Origin: Candidatus Latescibacterota bacterium
Lineage (GTDB): Bacteria; Latescibacterota; UBA2968; GCA-2709665
NCBI GenBank assembly: GCA_965237675.1
Contig: OZ250150.1
Location: 832,001 to 896,000, forward strand
Direction of reading: 5' to 3'
DNA length: 64,000 bases
Under the pieces are notes generated by a model. It was given only the letters and a program-made list of their open reading frames with translations. It was not told the DNA's origin and did no database searches. This document shows, piece after piece, positions 51,125 through 60,568 of the stretch. The position numbers were made by a program, and so were the translations under genes. Within the stretch, counting starts at the first letter, position 1. Each line of letters opens with the position of its first letter.

Positions 51125-51323
51125 GTCTGTCTCCCGGTTGTCTTTGTGATGAGTTTTCTGTTTCTGGAAAAGTACGTGATGCAGTCCATTTTGTCAATCG
51201 TAAATATATAAATAAACGTCAGCGCGGCGTAATGTCACTTTCGGTAATAATTCCCTTTACTAAGGTTTGTGCCTGGTTGCCCGGCACAGGGCTTAGAAGA
51301 TGTCTCAGGGTTGCTTTACTGCC

Positions 51324-51663
51324 TCAGCGAATTCTCTTAGGTAGTTGCACAGGCCCTTGCCCTGGTTCAACCACTTTTTCTTTCTCAAGACATTCTGACT
51401 CATTTACCTTGCGCCATTCTTTAATGAACATACTTGTGTATTTATCGACCATGCGTAGGATAAATTTATTTCTTCGCCCATGCACACCAACAACGCCTAT
51501 TCGCCAAGTGACGGCATATTCCTTCATCCCGGAGTAGTTATCCAACACAATTTTCCGTAATTCAATTCCAATGCTGAAAGCGGTTTTGGATGTATTGACC
51601 TGGACGTATAGGATAGGGTGTATGTCCTCTGTTTCACTAACCACAAATTTTCTGGGCACATAG
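51324..51663 (-). pseudogene. C-terminal gene fragment truncated by IS1380
   Basis: The protein-like frame (LYVQVN...TW.IG..G.HG...FI.EW.KVNE.EC) runs into the IS end. Confidence 0.55.
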
Positions 51664-53361
51664 TCTGAATAATTCACAAAAAAGGTAGTTTCCATACCCA
51701 AGTCATTGTATTATATTATGGTTAGACGAATAACCTTAACACAATGAATCGGGAGGAAACTACCGTGGAGATTCAAGATAAACATCACAGGGTGTCTTTC
51801 GCAAGTCTTTTGGGCAAACAGGTAGAAGCCGCGTTCGATGGGGGTATCCTGACCAGCGACAGCGGGGTGATGCTGATACGGGAGGTGGAGGCCAAGATCG
51901 GCATTTTGCGGCGGATCATTGAGGCCTTAACGGATCCTCGGCATCCCAGTTATGTGGATCACTCATTGGCGGACCTGGTCAGTCAGCGTGTTTTTCAGAT
52001 GGCGTGTGGGTATGAGGATGCGAACGATTGCAATGCGTTGCGCACGGACCCGGGCTTCAAGGCGGCCTGTGATCGGTTGCCGTCCACCGGTGCGGCGCTG
52101 GCCAGTCAACCCACGATGAGTCGGTTCGAGAACCGGATCAACAGAGGCGACCTATATCGGATCGCGAAGGCCTTTGCCGACGGGTTTATCGCCTCGTATA
52201 AGAAACCGCCCAAAGCCATCCTGCTGGATATCGACGATACGGAAGATAAGGTGTATGGTTCTGGGCAGTTGTCGTTATTCAATGCGTATTTTAAGAGTCA
52301 TTGCTACCAGCCGTTGCATATCTATGAAGGGCAAACCGGCAAGTTGATCACGACGGTTTTGCGTCCTGGCGCGCGGCCTTCGGGCAAACAGATCGTTTCG
52401 ATTCTCAAACGGGTGATCGCCTACCTGCGTCGCGCCTGGCCCCATGTGGCGATCCTGTTGCGTGGCGATTCTCATTTTTCGTGTCCGGAAGTACACGCGT
52501 TGTGTGACACACAGAATGTGTATTTTGCCCTTGGACAAAGCGGCAATGCCAAGTTGCTGCCCAGGGCACAGCCCTTGATGGACCAGGCCAAAGCGCTGTA
52601 TGCCGCTTCCGGCAAAACCGTACGCCTATATAACGCGTGGAACTATCAGGCCAGCACCTGGGCTTCGCCACGCCGCATCATCTGTAAGGCGGAAGTGACA
52701 CCGCAAGGACACAATATCCGTTTCGTGGCCACCAACCTGAAACGCGCCAAACCTTCATTCATCTACAAAACCGTCTATTGTGGACGCGGCAGGATGGAAG
52801 GCTTCATCAAGAATCACAAGACCTTTCTCCATTCTGATCGTACCTCTTGTCACACCTTCGAGGCCAATCACTTCCGGCTCTTTCTCCACAGCGCCGCCTA
52901 TGTCCTGTTGCAGACCTTGGCTGAAATTGGATTGCGCGGCACCACGTGGACGAACGCCCAGGTTAATACGTTGCAAAATCGCCTCTTGAAGGTCGCCGGA
53001 CGCGTTTGTGAGATGAAAACCAAAATCACGTTCCATCTGCCAACGGCGTTTCCACTCAAACACCTCTATGGCAAGATCCTTTACAATCTGGCATCGTCCG
53101 TTCCATAACGCATCGTCCGGTTGCATCCGCCGTCACGTCTTGCTCGACACCACCAAAACCCAGGCACACGTCTGTGCTTTTGACCGGGGCATCAAGGTCA
53201 ACCTGACTCCACCGCCCTACCGTGTTACCAGCAGGTGCCACTGAAGCGGCTCGAAAACACCAAATCCGTCACAGCCGGCTTTTCTTCCGTTTCTCAATTC
53301 ACTCGGTAGCTGGTTCTGCTTCCTGAAACTGCAATCCGTGACGATTCATGAATTAATCGGG
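51664..53361 (+). mobile_element. IS1380 family insertion sequence
   Basis: Imperfect TIRs TCTGAATAATTCACAAA / CCCGATTAATTCATGAA (12/17); no clear TSD. Confidence 0.7.
51744..53108 (+). CDS. IS1380 family transposase (DDE_Tnp_1_4)
   Basis: FDGG.LTSDSG, GYEDAND, ASQPTMSR, LDIDDT, RGDSHF and Y..RG.ME..IK motifs. Confidence 0.95.
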   Translation: MNREETTVEIQDKHHRVSFASLLGKQVEAAFDGGILTSDSGVMLIREVEAKIGILRRIIEALTDPRHPSYVDHSLADLVSQRVFQMACGYEDANDCNALRTDPGFKAACDRLPSTGAALASQPTMSRFENRINRGDLYRIAKAFADGFIASYKKPPKAILLDIDDTEDKVYGSGQLSLFNAYFKSHCYQPLHIYEGQTGKLITTVLRPGARPSGKQIVSILKRVIAYLRRAWPHVAILLRGDSHFSCPEVHALCDTQNVYFALGQSGNAKLLPRAQPLMDQAKALYAASGKTVRLYNAWNYQASTWASPRRIICKAEVTPQGHNIRFVATNLKRAKPSFIYKTVYCGRGRMEGFIKNHKTFLHSDRTSCHTFEANHFRLFLHSAAYVLLQTLAEIGLRGTTWTNAQVNTLQNRLLKVAGRVCEMKTKITFHLPTAFPLKHLYGKILYNLASSVP

Positions 53362-53930
53362 CAAGATACGTTCCCGGATACATTTGTGCCAATGTTTATC
53401 AGAATCCGAATGTGGGACACCTGGCGAAAAATCAGCCCATAGACCGTGTTGAATGGTCGTTGTCGACCACAGCGTCCCGGCGGCAATCGCCTTCGTGCCC
53501 GAAAAATAGGTACCCGGGGCGGGATCGATGGGGGTTTGGAATGGAGTGAGGGAGGGGTTCTTCAACAGGTCGAGATTTATCCATGGCGCGGATCCGCATC
53601 CCAGAGCGTGGCCCATCTCGCGCAGAAAGACGGCATCAATCAAGCTGCCCGAGTACACGCTCAGGTAGCCCGGGTCAGATTCGATTATGCATGCATACGT
53701 CAGCGAGAAAGGGTCCTGGCTTCGTATGTGCATCGTACCTGTGATGCCGCTGAACTAGTTGCGCTGCCGGCTGAACCGGGATCCACAAGGATCTCAGTAC
53801 CGATCACATGAAAGGAAGCGGCGGCCGTATTTCCGGACAACGCCGTATACGTCAGCAGGTCCCTTTCTGGCTGCTGAACACGCCGCCTGCGGACACGTTC
53901 TCGACGGCACCGTCCCACCGTCCTCGAACA
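53362..53930 (-). pseudogene. Eroded leishmanolysin-like (M8) metallopeptidase remnant
   Basis: AVFLREMGHALG (HExxH degenerated), LLKNPS, D.HW; Ig-like fragment DLLTYTALS in another frame. Confidence 0.55.
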
Positions 53931-53935
53931 CCTGA

Positions 53936-56900
53936 CTAAAGCTCGTTCACGACAATTTCATTGTCCGTGCCGCCAATAACCTCGTACTTCATCGGCGCAT
54001 TCAATGCTCCACTTGCGTTCAGGGTGATCTTCCCCTGCCCCGAGGTTTGCACGCGGATTCCGATCCTGGCGGCCGTGATACTCCCGGTGTGGGTAATCGT
54101 GATATCCCCGCCCTGGCTCACCACGTCGATACCTATGCTGGGAGCTTCGGTGACGCCCTCAGGGGCGCCGATGTCGCCGCTGTTCCAGACCACGACGTCG
54201 CCTATACGGTAGACGTTCTTACAAACGATGTCCGGGTCCACCGGATCGCCTGCCGCCGTCTCACATCCCGGTCCAGGAACATCCCCACCCATCCCAGCAA
54301 TTGATATTCCCGCCGAGTACGAAGATTCCGCATTCGTCGAGTACTTGTTCGTCGCCAAGATATTCCCGGTGTTGAATACCTTGATCTCGCCGCCGCGGTA
54401 ATGCTCGGCGCGAATACCGTGGGCCGCCTCGCCGTCCGTGCTGATCGTACCGGTATTTTCCACATGAACGCCATCGTGCTCCGATGTGTCCGGGTAGTCT
54501 GGAATGTCGGGGTACGAAGTGTCATCGAGATCTCTGTCGTTATCGTATCCGTAAGCATATATGCCGTGGCTCCATTTTCCCTCCGTATCGATCGTCCCCT
54601 GGTTGATCGCGAAGACCCGGCCGGACATCGAACTCCTGGCGATGATTCCATATCCGTGGCGGTGTCTCCGTGTGTCGTCCGTGCGTGTCGTCGCCCTCGT
54701 GGTGATGGAGGCGTCACTGTAGTTCCTCGCGTAGACATCGCCCGGCACGTTGCTGGTCCGGTCGGGGACGATCTCATCCAGGTTCCCGTGGCAACCGTTG
54801 TTCTCGAACGGCCACGGCGCGCAGTTCCCCGTGTGCAGGCCTATCGCGTACAGACCGTTGATTTCGATTGAGCCGAAGTTGAGACCCTGTGACGCTCCCC
54901 AGAGACTCTGAGCCGAGATCCCGCGCGCGCCCTCTCCTTCAATCCGGATCTGGCCTTCCGCATAGTTGACCAGTCGTGTGAGATGTCCGCTTCCAGTCTC
55001 GCACTTAAGACCGTCAACTCGCTTGTTGTAGGGACCGGTAGCAATGAGTTGGCCGCCGGGCATGTTGAACAACTCGACCTTGTGGCTGTAGTTCGAGAAG
55101 TCATGGGGCTCCGCCGCCTTGTTGAGGCCCCCGACCACAAGACGATGGTTGGATTGAGCCAAGTCCGGCGCGGTGGTGAGGCCGTTCAGTGTGATTTCTC
55201 CGTCGTTCACGAGGAGTATGTTGGCGGGGGAGGCCTTCATCACCGCGCGGATGCCGATGCCCGCGCTATCGAGAGTTACGGAGCCTTGGTTCAGGATCCA
55301 AAGGTTCCCGGTGTTGCCTTCCGTTGTGATGTTGGCCGCGACGCTTCCTCTTGCAGTTACCTCGGCGCTGTCGCCGATCGTGATCGCGTGGTACTCGGAA
55401 CCCGCGTTCTTGTTGGTGATGTTGATCCCTGCAGTACCGGTTGCCGGCTCGAGCGTTCCGTCGTCGTATTCGACGTGGGTGCGGTTATGATCGCCGGGAT
55501 CGAGCGTACTGGTGTGGTCGCCACTATAGGCGTGAGTCACCGGTTGACCGAAGCGATGGTCCTCATCCGGAGCCGCCGTGAAGACCGGAGTCGAGGAAGG
55601 AACAATCGACGCGGGGAGGATCGTGCCGTAGACCTGATCGGACCATGGGCCCTTCCCTTCGTCGTTCTCCGCCTGCACCTGAATCCGGCAGATCCTGCCC
55701 GAGCTCAAGCCGGTGATCGTGCGAGACCGGGTGGGACCGGTCTCGTGCCAATTGCTGAAGGCGCCGCTGGCGCCTTCCCTGTACTGCACGTAATAGTTCG
55801 TGATGTCGGGACCTTGGTTTTCTGGCGCATCCCAGCTCACGGTCAGGCTGCTCTCCGTCTCGCCGCTCACCGTGGGCGGGTCGGGCTTGCCCGGCGGTTC
55901 GACGTCATCCTTCACGAGGACGACGACCGTCTTGGTGCCCGGCATTTCGCGGGTGCCGCTGCCGCCGGTCGCCTCCACCACCACGCTGTAGTCGTTGTTG
56001 CTCCCTGCATCCGCGGGAGTCTCAAAGTCGGGATCCTCCTTAAAACGCAGCTGGTTCGTGCTCGCGATCTCGAACAGGTCCCCGTCTGCGGCGCCGGTGA
56101 CAGCGTATCCGGTAATGGCATCACCGGCATCGACGTCCTGGGCCACCATTAGTCCGGCGAACCGGGTGTTCTCGGTGACCTTGAAGGTGTCTTCAATGGT
56201 GAAAACCGGCGGCTCGTTCTCGTCCGTGACATTGACGGTAACGGTCTGCGCGGCGGTTAGTGCGCGACCGCCGGAACCGCCGGTGGCGGTGACCTCCACG
56301 ACGTAGCTGTTGTTGCTTCCCGCGTCCACGGGACGCTCGAAGTCGGGGTCATCCCTGAACGTCAGCGCGCCGGTGTTGCTGATTTCGAGCCTGCTGCGGT
56401 CGCTGCCGCCGGTCAGGGTGTAGTCTGTGATGGCATCGCCCTGGTCCAGGTCGTCGGCACTGACCCTGCCGGCGAAGGACTGGTTCTCCGTCGCCTCGAG
56501 CGTCGGCTCGCCGGTGAACACGGGCGCCTCGTTCAGATCGGTCAGATCGATGGACACGGGGATGCTGCCCTCGCCGCCGTGGCCGTCGGTGGCTTTGACA
56601 TTGACCGAATAGCGCGACAAGGCCTCAAAGTCGTAGGTCCTGCCTGATCTGGTTTTAAGCTGACCGCTACGCGTGTCTATCGAGAAGGAGTCCGCGTGCG
56701 TGCCTTCAAGGGCGTACGTCAGCGGGGTCATCTCGGGGTCCGTGGCGCCCACCGGATCGCCTATGTCCTTCACGCCCGTGGTGTTCTCCGCCACGGTGCG
56801 TGTCGCGCCGAGCCCGTCAGTGAATGTTGGCAACTGATTGGGATCGGTGCTTCCCGTGCCCGATTCCGACCAGTCGCTCGTGCCTTCTGGCGAGCGCGCC

Positions 56901-59900
56901 AGCACCTGCACCTGGTAGCTCGTACCCGGGGTGCGGCCCGTGATGGTTGCGGTGCGCTCCGCGCTGTTGTGCGTCCAGCCGCTGAAGCCGCCGCTGTCCC
57001 CTTCCCGGTACTGCACGTCGTAGTCGTTGATGTCGGGGCCGGTGTTTGCCGGCTCGTCCCACGTGACCTCCAGGCTGGTGGACGACGCCGCCGAGACGGA
57101 GGGCGCGTCGGGGGTGCCGGGCCTTTCCTGCTGGTCCGTCAGGTTGATCCTGACCGCAATCGTGTTGCTGCCGCCCTGCCCGTCTTCGACGCGTACGATG
57201 ACGTCATAGCGGGGCTTTGCCTCAAAGTCATAGGTGACTCCCGGTTGGGTCTCAAGCTGCGCGCCGTCCAGCGCGAACGCGGCCTGGTCCGTACCTTCCA
57301 GGTCGTAGGTGAGGGTTCCCCCGTCGATATCCCTCGCGGTTAAGGGGTTGCCGATATCATTTGTGCCCGTGGTATTCTCGGCCACCTCGCGCGTGGTGCT
57401 CGTGCCCTCGTTGAACGTCGGCGCCCGGTTGGCCACGGTCCTGGCATCGGCGGACTCGGACCAGTCGCTCTCCCCTTCGGGAGAGCGTGCCAGCACCTGC
57501 ACCCGGTAGGGCGTGTCGGCCGTCAGGGAGGTGATGGTCGTGGTCGTCCCCGGCCCCGTGTGCGGCCAGTCGGTGAAGGCGCCGCCGTCCTCGCTGAACT
57601 GCACGTCGTAGTCGTTGATAGCAGGACCGGTGTTGGCAGGGGCCGTCCAGCGTATGGACAGGCTGTTCAGCGTCTGCGCCGTGACCGTGGGCTTGTCAGG
57701 CGCCTCCGGCGCTTCGCTGTCGTCGTCGGTCACGTCTATGGTCACGGCAATGGTCGCCCGCCCGCCCTGCTCGTCCTGCGCTTCCACCGTCACGGAGTAG
57801 CGGTCCTTCGTCTCGAAGTCGTAGGTGGCGTCCGCCGATGTTCGCAGTTGACCCGTATTCTCATCGACGTCAAAACTCTCCATGTCGCCGCGGGTGAGGC
57901 TGTACGTCACCGCGGTGTTCTCCGGGTCGTCCGCCCGCAGCGGGACGCCCAGGTTCTGCACACCGGTCGTATTCTCCGTCACCTCACGCGTCGTGCTCCG
58001 TCCCTCGTCGAACACCGGCGAAAGGTTGGAACTGGTCGTCCCGAAGCCTGATCCAGACCACCCGCCCTCGCCTTCGTCGTTGTGTGCGCGCACCTGCACC
58101 TCGTAGCGGGTGTTGACGTCGAGTTCGATGATCGTCGCACTCGTGCCCGGCCCATCGTGGGTATGGGGGAGGAAGTTGCCGCTCTTCCGGTATTGCACGT
58201 CGTAGTCGGTGATATCCGGACCCGTGTTGTCCGGCGCGTCCCACGTGACCGTCAGGCTGGTCGTCGACGCCGGCTGCACCTGCGGCGCTGCGGGAATCTC
58301 CGGCGGCTCGTCCACGTCGGCCACGTGGATGGTCACGCCGATCGTGGCCGATTCGCCGTAGGGGTCGCTGGCGTCCAGTTCAACGGAATACCTGTCGTTA
58401 TCCTCGAAGTCGTACGTGATGCCCGACAACGTGCGCAGTTGGCCACTCCCGGTGGCCACCGAAAAGCTGGCGGAGTCCGGCCCCGAGAGTCGGTACGTCA
58501 CCCGGTGTCCGTCCGGATCCGTGGCGTTGACCGGATGCTGAATGGGACGGTGCGCGGGCGTGTTCTCCGCCAGGGTGCGCGACGTGCTGTGCCCGTCGTC
58601 GAAGGTCGGCGGCCGGTTGTTCTGTGGCGGCGGAGGCGGTGGCAATGCTGTCGTTACGTCGACGGCAAAGGTCGTCTGTGCGCTTTTGCCCTGTACATCG
58701 CTGGCAGTGGCGGTGATGGTCGCGCGCCCCGCGGCCACGCCGCGCACCGTCGCCATCGTATCCGCCACGGTGACCGTGGCAACCCCCTCGTCGGACGACG
58801 TCGCGTCATACGTCAACGCCCCAAGTGCCGGCCGCGTGAACAGGCTGGCCAGGTTCACGGGAAGGTCGCGGTCGACGACCACCGTCAGGTCGCCGATCAC
58901 GCCCAGGGGCCGCGGACCCACCGTGGGCGCGCCGGCAACGGTCTCCGACCAGGGGCTCGCGCCCTCCTCGTTCACCGTGCGCACGCGCACCTGATACGCC
59001 CGCTCGTTGTCCAGACCCGCAATCGTCACGCTGGTGTCCGTGCGGCCTACCACAAGCAGCCCCTCCCGCCATTCTTGGGCTTCTGCCGGGTTGTGCCCCA
59101 CCTCGTACCCGCTCACGGGAGGCTTGCCAGCCTCGTCCATCGCCGCAAACCAAGTCACGGCGAGCGCCGTGTCGCGGGAGGCCACCCGAACGCTGTCAGG
59201 CGCCGCCGAAGGGGGCTCGTCCACGTCCGATACGGTGATGCCCACCACAACCGTGGCGCGGCCCCCCTGCCCGTCGCTGGCGCGTACCGTCACGGAATAG
59301 GTGTCCCTGGCCTCGTGGTCGTACGCAGTTCCCTCCCTTGTGAGAAGCTGACCCGTGCCCGGTTCAATCGCAAAGCTGTCCGAGTGCACGCCCCGCAGGC
59401 CGTAGGTCAGGGAATTGCCGTCGGCGTCCGTGGCCGTGACGGGGGCCCCGATGGGCTGTCCAGATGGCGTGTTTTCTTCCATGGTACGCGTCAACGGAGG
59501 TGTGGCGTCGAAAGCGGGAGCGCGATTGGGATTTTTGCCGAAGTTGCTGGCGAAGACCAGAAAATCGTCGAAGCCGATGCCGCCGTCCTGGGTCAGATCG
59601 TACGCCGCCACGTACTTCCCGTCTCCGCGCTGCGACCCGAAGACGCCGGCGAACGCCACAAAGTCGGAGAAGCCCACCACGCCGTCGCCGTCGAAGTCCG
59701 GAGAAGGCGGCGCGGCAACCTGCAGCGCCACGCCGGCCGCTGGCGAGATCGTCTCGGTCTGCCCGCCCCGCGTAAGCTCGGCGTGCTCCAGCCACACCTC
59801 CGTGTCCGAAAACGATGGCGTGGTGCGCAATCGCAGCGTGCCCACAAGCCCGGTGTTCACCGATGCGGAGCCGCTCGACCACGACACACCGATACGGACC

Positions 59901-60235
59901 GACGTGGTATCCGGCTGTGTAACGGTGTGCGCGTTCGGCAGTGCCGCGCCCGGATCGAAGCCCTCGTATAGGACCTGGGATGCGTCGAAACGCAAGCGCG
60001 CGGAAATGCCGGTGGCATTCTGAATATCCTTGCCGAAGATCTGTATGGCGAAAAGCTGATCGGGAAGGAGGTCGAGCGAGGACACGGCCTGGTCGCCTGC
60101 GGCATCGTCCAGGTCCAGGGTGAGGGAAAACCCGACAGGTTGCGTCGACGGCGACCACGGATGCACAAGCAACAACAGGTAGAGCAGGCTGGAAAAACCA
60201 AGCGCAACGGAGGCTGATTTCAGTTGGGGTTTCAC
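53936..60235 (-). CDS. Giant surface protein: cohesin-like + paired EF-hand/dockerin-like + 7 cadherin-like + 5 FN3 + Ig-like + beta-helix-like C-terminus
   Basis: DFDGDGVVGFSDF/DLTQDGGIGFDDF; N..P.F...EN...YDFE cadherin repeats; L.V.W..P...YDVQY...Y.VQV.A...G.WS FN3 repeats; N.G.I.T.G...GI.A repeats. Confidence 0.9.
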   Translation of the reverse strand: MKPQLKSASVALGFSSLLYLLLLVHPWSPSTQPVGFSLTLDLDDAAGDQAVSSLDLLPDQLFAIQIFGKDIQNATGISARLRFDASQVLYEGFDPGAALPNAHTVTQPDTTSVRIGVSWSSGSASVNTGLVGTLRLRTTPSFSDTEVWLEHAELTRGGQTETISPAAGVALQVAAPPSPDFDGDGVVGFSDFVAFAGVFGSQRGDGKYVAAYDLTQDGGIGFDDFLVFASNFGKNPNRAPAFDATPPLTRTMEENTPSGQPIGAPVTATDADGNSLTYGLRGVHSDSFAIEPGTGQLLTREGTAYDHEARDTYSVTVRASDGQGGRATVVVGITVSDVDEPPSAAPDSVRVASRDTALAVTWFAAMDEAGKPPVSGYEVGHNPAEAQEWREGLLVVGRTDTSVTIAGLDNERAYQVRVRTVNEEGASPWSETVAGAPTVGPRPLGVIGDLTVVVDRDLPVNLASLFTRPALGALTYDATSSDEGVATVTVADTMATVRGVAAGRATITATASDVQGKSAQTTFAVDVTTALPPPPPPQNNRPPTFDDGHSTSRTLAENTPAHRPIQHPVNATDPDGHRVTYRLSGPDSASFSVATGSGQLRTLSGITYDFEDNDRYSVELDASDPYGESATIGVTIHVADVDEPPEIPAAPQVQPASTTSLTVTWDAPDNTGPDITDYDVQYRKSGNFLPHTHDGPGTSATIIELDVNTRYEVQVRAHNDEGEGGWSGSGFGTTSSNLSPVFDEGRSTTREVTENTTGVQNLGVPLRADDPENTAVTYSLTRGDMESFDVDENTGQLRTSADATYDFETKDRYSVTVEAQDEQGGRATIAVTIDVTDDDSEAPEAPDKPTVTAQTLNSLSIRWTAPANTGPAINDYDVQFSEDGGAFTDWPHTGPGTTTTITSLTADTPYRVQVLARSPEGESDWSESADARTVANRAPTFNEGTSTTREVAENTTGTNDIGNPLTARDIDGGTLTYDLEGTDQAAFALDGAQLETQPGVTYDFEAKPRYDVIVRVEDGQGGSNTIAVRINLTDQQERPGTPDAPSVSAASSTSLEVTWDEPANTGPDINDYDVQYREGDSGGFSGWTHNSAERTATITGRTPGTSYQVQVLARSPEGTSDWSESGTGSTDPNQLPTFTDGLGATRTVAENTTGVKDIGDPVGATDPEMTPLTYALEGTHADSFSIDTRSGQLKTRSGRTYDFEALSRYSVNVKATDGHGGEGSIPVSIDLTDLNEAPVFTGEPTLEATENQSFAGRVSADDLDQGDAITDYTLTGGSDRSRLEISNTGALTFRDDPDFERPVDAGSNNSYVVEVTATGGSGGRALTAAQTVTVNVTDENEPPVFTIEDTFKVTENTRFAGLMVAQDVDAGDAITGYAVTGAADGDLFEIASTNQLRFKEDPDFETPADAGSNNDYSVVVEATGGSGTREMPGTKTVVVLVKDDVEPPGKPDPPTVSGETESSLTVSWDAPENQGPDITNYYVQYREGASGAFSNWHETGPTRSRTITGLSSGRICRIQVQAENDEGKGPWSDQVYGTILPASIVPSSTPVFTAAPDEDHRFGQPVTHAYSGDHTSTLDPGDHNRTHVEYDDGTLEPATGTAGINITNKNAGSEYHAITIGDSAEVTARGSVAANITTEGNTGNLWILNQGSVTLDSAGIGIRAVMKASPANILLVNDGEITLNGLTTAPDLAQSNHRLVVGGLNKAAEPHDFSNYSHKVELFNMPGGQLIATGPYNKRVDGLKCETGSGHLTRLVNYAEGQIRIEGEGARGISAQSLWGASQGLNFGSIEINGLYAIGLHTGNCAPWPFENNGCHGNLDEIVPDRTSNVPGDVYARNYSDASITTRATTRTDDTRRHRHGYGIIARSSMSGRVFAINQGTIDTEGKWSHGIYAYGYDNDRDLDDTSYPDIPDYPDTSEHDGVHVENTGTISTDGEAAHGIRAEHYRGGEIKVFNTGNILATNKYSTNAESSYSAGISIAGMGGDVPGPGCETAAGDPVDPDIVCKNVYRIGDVVVWNSGDIGAPEGVTEAPSIGIDVVSQGGDITITHTGSITAARIGIRVQTSGQGKITLNASGALNAPMKYEVIGGTDNEIVVNEL

Positions 60236-60450
60236 GGTGCCATTTCGCGTTGGAATTCAGATAGGCTGCAGCTGCAAAACGCTACAGCTGTAGAATTTTC
60301 CAATATAATACAATGGGGCGTGAAATATCCGAAAAAAAATCGATTGGTAGAGGGTACCCCGGGTGGCATTTACCCGGATCGGTGGGATGCGGCGCGGCAG
60401 AGCCTGACGCCGTTGCCGGGTTGACGGATGATTGCGGCGGCGGCGAAACA

Positions 60451-60568
60451 TGTCACCCTGAGGAGGCTGAGAGGCTGGCGAAGTGTCCGCGCGAATTCGT
60501 CATTGATAGCTTCGATCACGCGGACATCCGAAGCGGCGGGAGATTCTTCGAATTCGCTTAGAATGACA
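60451..60568. repeat. REP/MITE-like element (TGTCA...TGACA ends)
   Basis: TGTCACCCTGAG...CTTAGAATGACA termini; internal TGTCCGCG/CGCGGACA stem. Confidence 0.5.

Larger units (their letters stand above)
46067..51255 (+). mobile_element. Complete 5189-bp IS1595-family element carrying passenger genes
   Basis: TIRs at 46067-46090 and 51232-51255 (22/24 match); 8-bp TSD TTTACTAA at 46059-46066 and 51256-51263; internal IS1595 transposase. Confidence 0.92.

Noticed and set aside
46024-51300. attC site at the reconstructed IS target
   Set aside because: The ends are CTAAG/CTTAG and lack the invariant AAC/GTT triplets.
51697-51714. Alternative IS1380 left end at CCCAAGTCATT
   Set aside because: It matches the right end over a shorter stretch than the 51664 candidate, and neither gives a TSD.
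58082-59971. 629-aa + strand ORF and similar long antisense ORFs (2209-3648, 6877-8430, 9471-10490, 40523-41824, 54983-56152)
   Set aside because: These are shadow frames opposite well-supported GC-rich genes, with no recognisable motifs.
53936-60235. Diversity-generating retroelement or DNA repeat array in the giant gene
   Set aside because: The repeats are diverged protein-domain repeats; no reverse transcriptase or adenine-specific TR/VR pair seen.
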